A DNA stretch of 64,000 nt from Paramecium tetraurelia (taxonomy: Eukaryota), in contig CT868653.1 in NCBI GenBank assembly GCA_000165425.1, positions 186,001 to 250,000 on the forward strand, written 5' to 3'. The notes under the pieces are model-generated. The model was not told where the DNA came from. It searched no databases and saw only the letters and a list, made by a program, of their open reading frames with translations. Shown one piece after another: positions 62,122 through 64,000 of the stretch (positions are counted from its first letter, which is position 1; each line of letters opens with the position of its first letter). A program made the position numbers and the translations under genes.

Positions 62122-63934
62122 TGTAGGATAAACCAAACCAATAATAAGACACTGTCCAAAACACCATCAAATCATTGCAGGACAAGATCTAAAACATTGA
62201 GAACTTGATAGAAAGAGGAACTGATTGCATTATCATTTAGTATGGATCGCACAGTATAAAAATGAACAAAGCAAGCGGTAAATACTCAATGCACCATATT
62301 TAGAGATGCTCCCCAAGAAATTCAGAAATTTGATTGGTTATAAAGTGCAATCCTAATTAAAACAAGTTTAATCCACAGATCTCACTGTGATTGATGAAAG
62401 TCTATTATTATTAGAACAAAAATTAATGTAGAAAGGCACACTCAAAGCCCAACCCAAAAGCATGCGTGGAAAGCCAAGAGCTAAAATTGAAGTAGATTTA
62501 CGCAACATCAGAGGGTTTCTGGGGAAGAAGGAACAAAAATAACCATAATGCACTCTTGCTAAGATGATGGAAGATAAATCTGTGGTCTTTGAAGACGACA
62601 TCTTTACTGGAGAGTATTTAGTTAGGTAACCAATCAAACATGGATTTTTCAATTTAACAGAGAATTACAATATGCAAGATGTGATTGAAGATCTATACAA
62701 ATTGACATTATATGGATTGAATTGCAAATTGGAAGTCAAGAATGTCTCTGATTACTATTGCATTTTGGTTATTCCTGATATCTTTCAAAGAGTACAAGTA
62801 AAAATGTTGGTAGATATGTTAATAAGACAATTGAGATTCAAAGGAATCTATCTACATTTAGAATCTGTCTTATCCAGCTTCGGAGCTAATCTTTAGTAAT
62901 GTTGTGTTGTTGACATTGGTTATGAGAAGATCAATATTACCTGTGTTGATGATGGAGTCATTTTGCCTGGAACCTATGTGAGAAAGAATTTCGGTAGCAA
63001 AGACATTGATTTAGTACTCATGAGGTAAGTAACCAAACGAAATGCTTGTGATTAAGCTGTTCAACTGCAAAGTAACAATTACGGAGATCTACTCTAAATG
63101 GAAAAACTCAAAGAAAAAGCTTGTTAAATGAGACAAAAGGAAGACAAACTCAATTACAATTATGAGCTTCATTGTTTAAGAAATCAAAAGGAAAAGAGAT
63201 TCTTTGTTCAACACAATGATGGATTGTACATATCTCCGAATACTCTGTTTGAATCTGAACCTTTCAATGAAATCAGGAAACAGGATATGCATGAATGCTT
63301 CGATTTTACAGGACGACTCTTCGAAATGCAATATGATCCAGAGGATAATTTTGAGGAACTCAGTGGAGGAATTCAATTATGCTGGTATTGGGGCTCCAAG
63401 GAAAAGGAACAATAGTATTTCACAGAAGGAAATCAAATGCTAAATCCTAATTATATGATACCCTTAGATCATATGATTGCCTACTCAATAGCCTAAGTCT
63501 AGGATCCAGAAATAAGGCAAAAATTAGCCAATAACATTCTATTTACAGGAGGAGGAGCCCATCTGATCGATCTTGTAGATGAGGTTGAAGCCTTGTTGAT
63601 TGACAAATTTTAAGTTATGGAACTAAATGAAATCGAAAGAGTAGAAGTTAAAACTATTATTAGAGATGTTAGACCTATTTATATGGCCTGGGTTGGGGCC
63701 ACTGTCTTACCTAAAACAGAATCTGTAAGTGAATTATGGATCACAGCACCTAGATGGTTGGGTGATTTGGAAACTCAAAAAGACGAATTGGAAGATATGA
63801 TCAATTAATTTGATGGGGATGTTTAATAATTGGAAAAAAAGCTAATTGCTTTTGCAAAAAAAGATAAAGAAAAGGATCGTAGTTGTGAATATGGACTAAA
63901 ACATTTGAAAGAAAAGATTCCCTTTATTTGGTGA
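62121..63934 (+). CDS. ARP8: Actin-related protein 8 (INO80 complex; plant ARP9-like)
   Basis: ERGTDCIIIQYGSHSIK, QPIKHGFFN, CILVIPDIF, HLESVLSSFG, CCVVDIG..CVDDG, PLDHMIAYSI, ILFTGGG, AWVGATV, ELWIT, EKIPFIW*. Confidence 0.88.
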
Positions 63935-64000
63935 TTTGTATAATTATATATATTAATATTTTGGGGATCAATCAGAATCTTCAAATAATACTCTTTGTAT

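Noticed and set aside
3685..63376. Many ORF-track entries (e.g. 3685-3912, 15093-15437, 40077-40343, 41815-42144, 44496-44723, 45035-45385, 46305-46556, 62368-62652)
   Set aside because: They are antisense or off-frame shadows of genes identified in code 6.
1..64000. CRISPR arrays, rRNA, tRNA, telomeric (G3-4T2-3)n tracts, intact transposons
   Set aside because: None seen by eye; tRNAscan-SE or Infernal would be needed to exclude small RNAs rigorously.

Overview
AT-rich, very gene-dense eukaryotic DNA that reads as a ciliate macronuclear chromosome segment, most likely Paramecium (aurelia-complex-like). TAA/TAG encode Gln (translation table 6), TGA is the only stop, introns are tiny (about 20-34 nt, GT..AG) and intergenic spacers are often under 100 bp. 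The supplied standard-code ORF track therefore fragments the real genes and many of its ORFs are antisense shadows. Re-reading by hand in the ciliate code gives about 38 protein-coding genes. Recognisable ones: Aurora-like kinase, standalone MIR-domain protein, LRR protein, Ulp1/SENP SUMO protease, TCBP-25-like EF-hand protein, PPWD1 cyclophilin, UBA2, a ~2,800-aa Cys-rich/beta-helix multi-TM surface protein, RTF2, ankyrin protein, CAMK-type kinase, EF-hand calpain, AK8-like adenylate kinase, STE24, phosphatidylserine decarboxylase, SDR, citrate synthase, a CNBD channel-like protein with a degenerate pore, a Dictyostelium PdeD/PdeE-like metallo-beta-lactamase phosphodiesterase, TMEM42-like protein, sedoheptulose-1,7-bisphosphatase and Arp8. 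Most notable observations: two paralogous CENP-B/Tc5-type HTH proteins lacking a DDE domain, one running without a stop codon into a kinase; the adjacent cNMP phosphodiesterase and channel-like genes; a TGATG stop/start overlap; 11- and 19-bp divergent spacers; and several single-base frameshifts that may be assembly errors. No tRNA, rRNA, CRISPR array, telomere or intact transposon was seen. Family calls come from recalled motifs, not database searches, and coordinates were hand-derived.
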